The position numbers were made by a program, and so were the translations under genes. Shown piece by piece: positions 63,901 to 64,000 of a stretch of DNA of 64,000 bases. The notes beneath the pieces are model-generated. The model saw only the letters and a program-made list of their open reading frames with translations, had not been told where the DNA came from and searched no databases. Where the stretch lies: the NCBI RefSeq assembly GCF_006345805.1, contig NC_042999.1, forward strand, positions 14,632,001 through 14,696,000, written 5' to 3'. Position 1 is the first letter of the stretch; every line of letters starts with the position of its first letter. The stretch is from Octopus sinensis. Taxonomy: Eukaryota.

Positions 63901-64000
63901 CTGTAAAGTGGTCGGCATTAGGAAGAGTATTCAGACATAGAAACCATGTCAAGGCAGACACTGAAACATGGTGCAGCCCTTGGACTGACTGGATCCTATC

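Overview
AT-rich eukaryotic genomic DNA, almost certainly an octopus (inferred from the repeat families). About half of the window is SINEs, RTE-LINE 3' ends, MITEs and microsatellites. Nearly all ORFs in the supplied track are repeat artefacts. One protein-coding gene is well supported: a + strand TNF-superfamily ligand (TRAIL/TNFSF10-like). Its terminal exon is 35021-35457, a strand-A exon (PAAHMMG) lies at 14269-14367, and there are weaker upstream candidate exons. A second candidate TM exon plus a frameshifted 'DAHLT' exon sits inside its 20.6-kb intron. The most striking signal is a set of minimal type-I hammerhead ribozyme (HHR) motifs in at least four unrelated short repeats: (1) a 481-bp near-perfect palindrome at 22351-22831 with an intact HHR on each strand; (2) a tRNA-head/(AAT)n/HHR SINE-like element at 19925-20195; (3) a (TA)n-associated family with a non-canonical core (3303-3482, 39446-39653); (4) a decayed copy at 5882-5926. 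These resemble Penelope-like-element (PLE) or retrozyme termini. All structures and splice models were read by eye; no folding, alignment or database search was run, and repeat boundaries are approximate.
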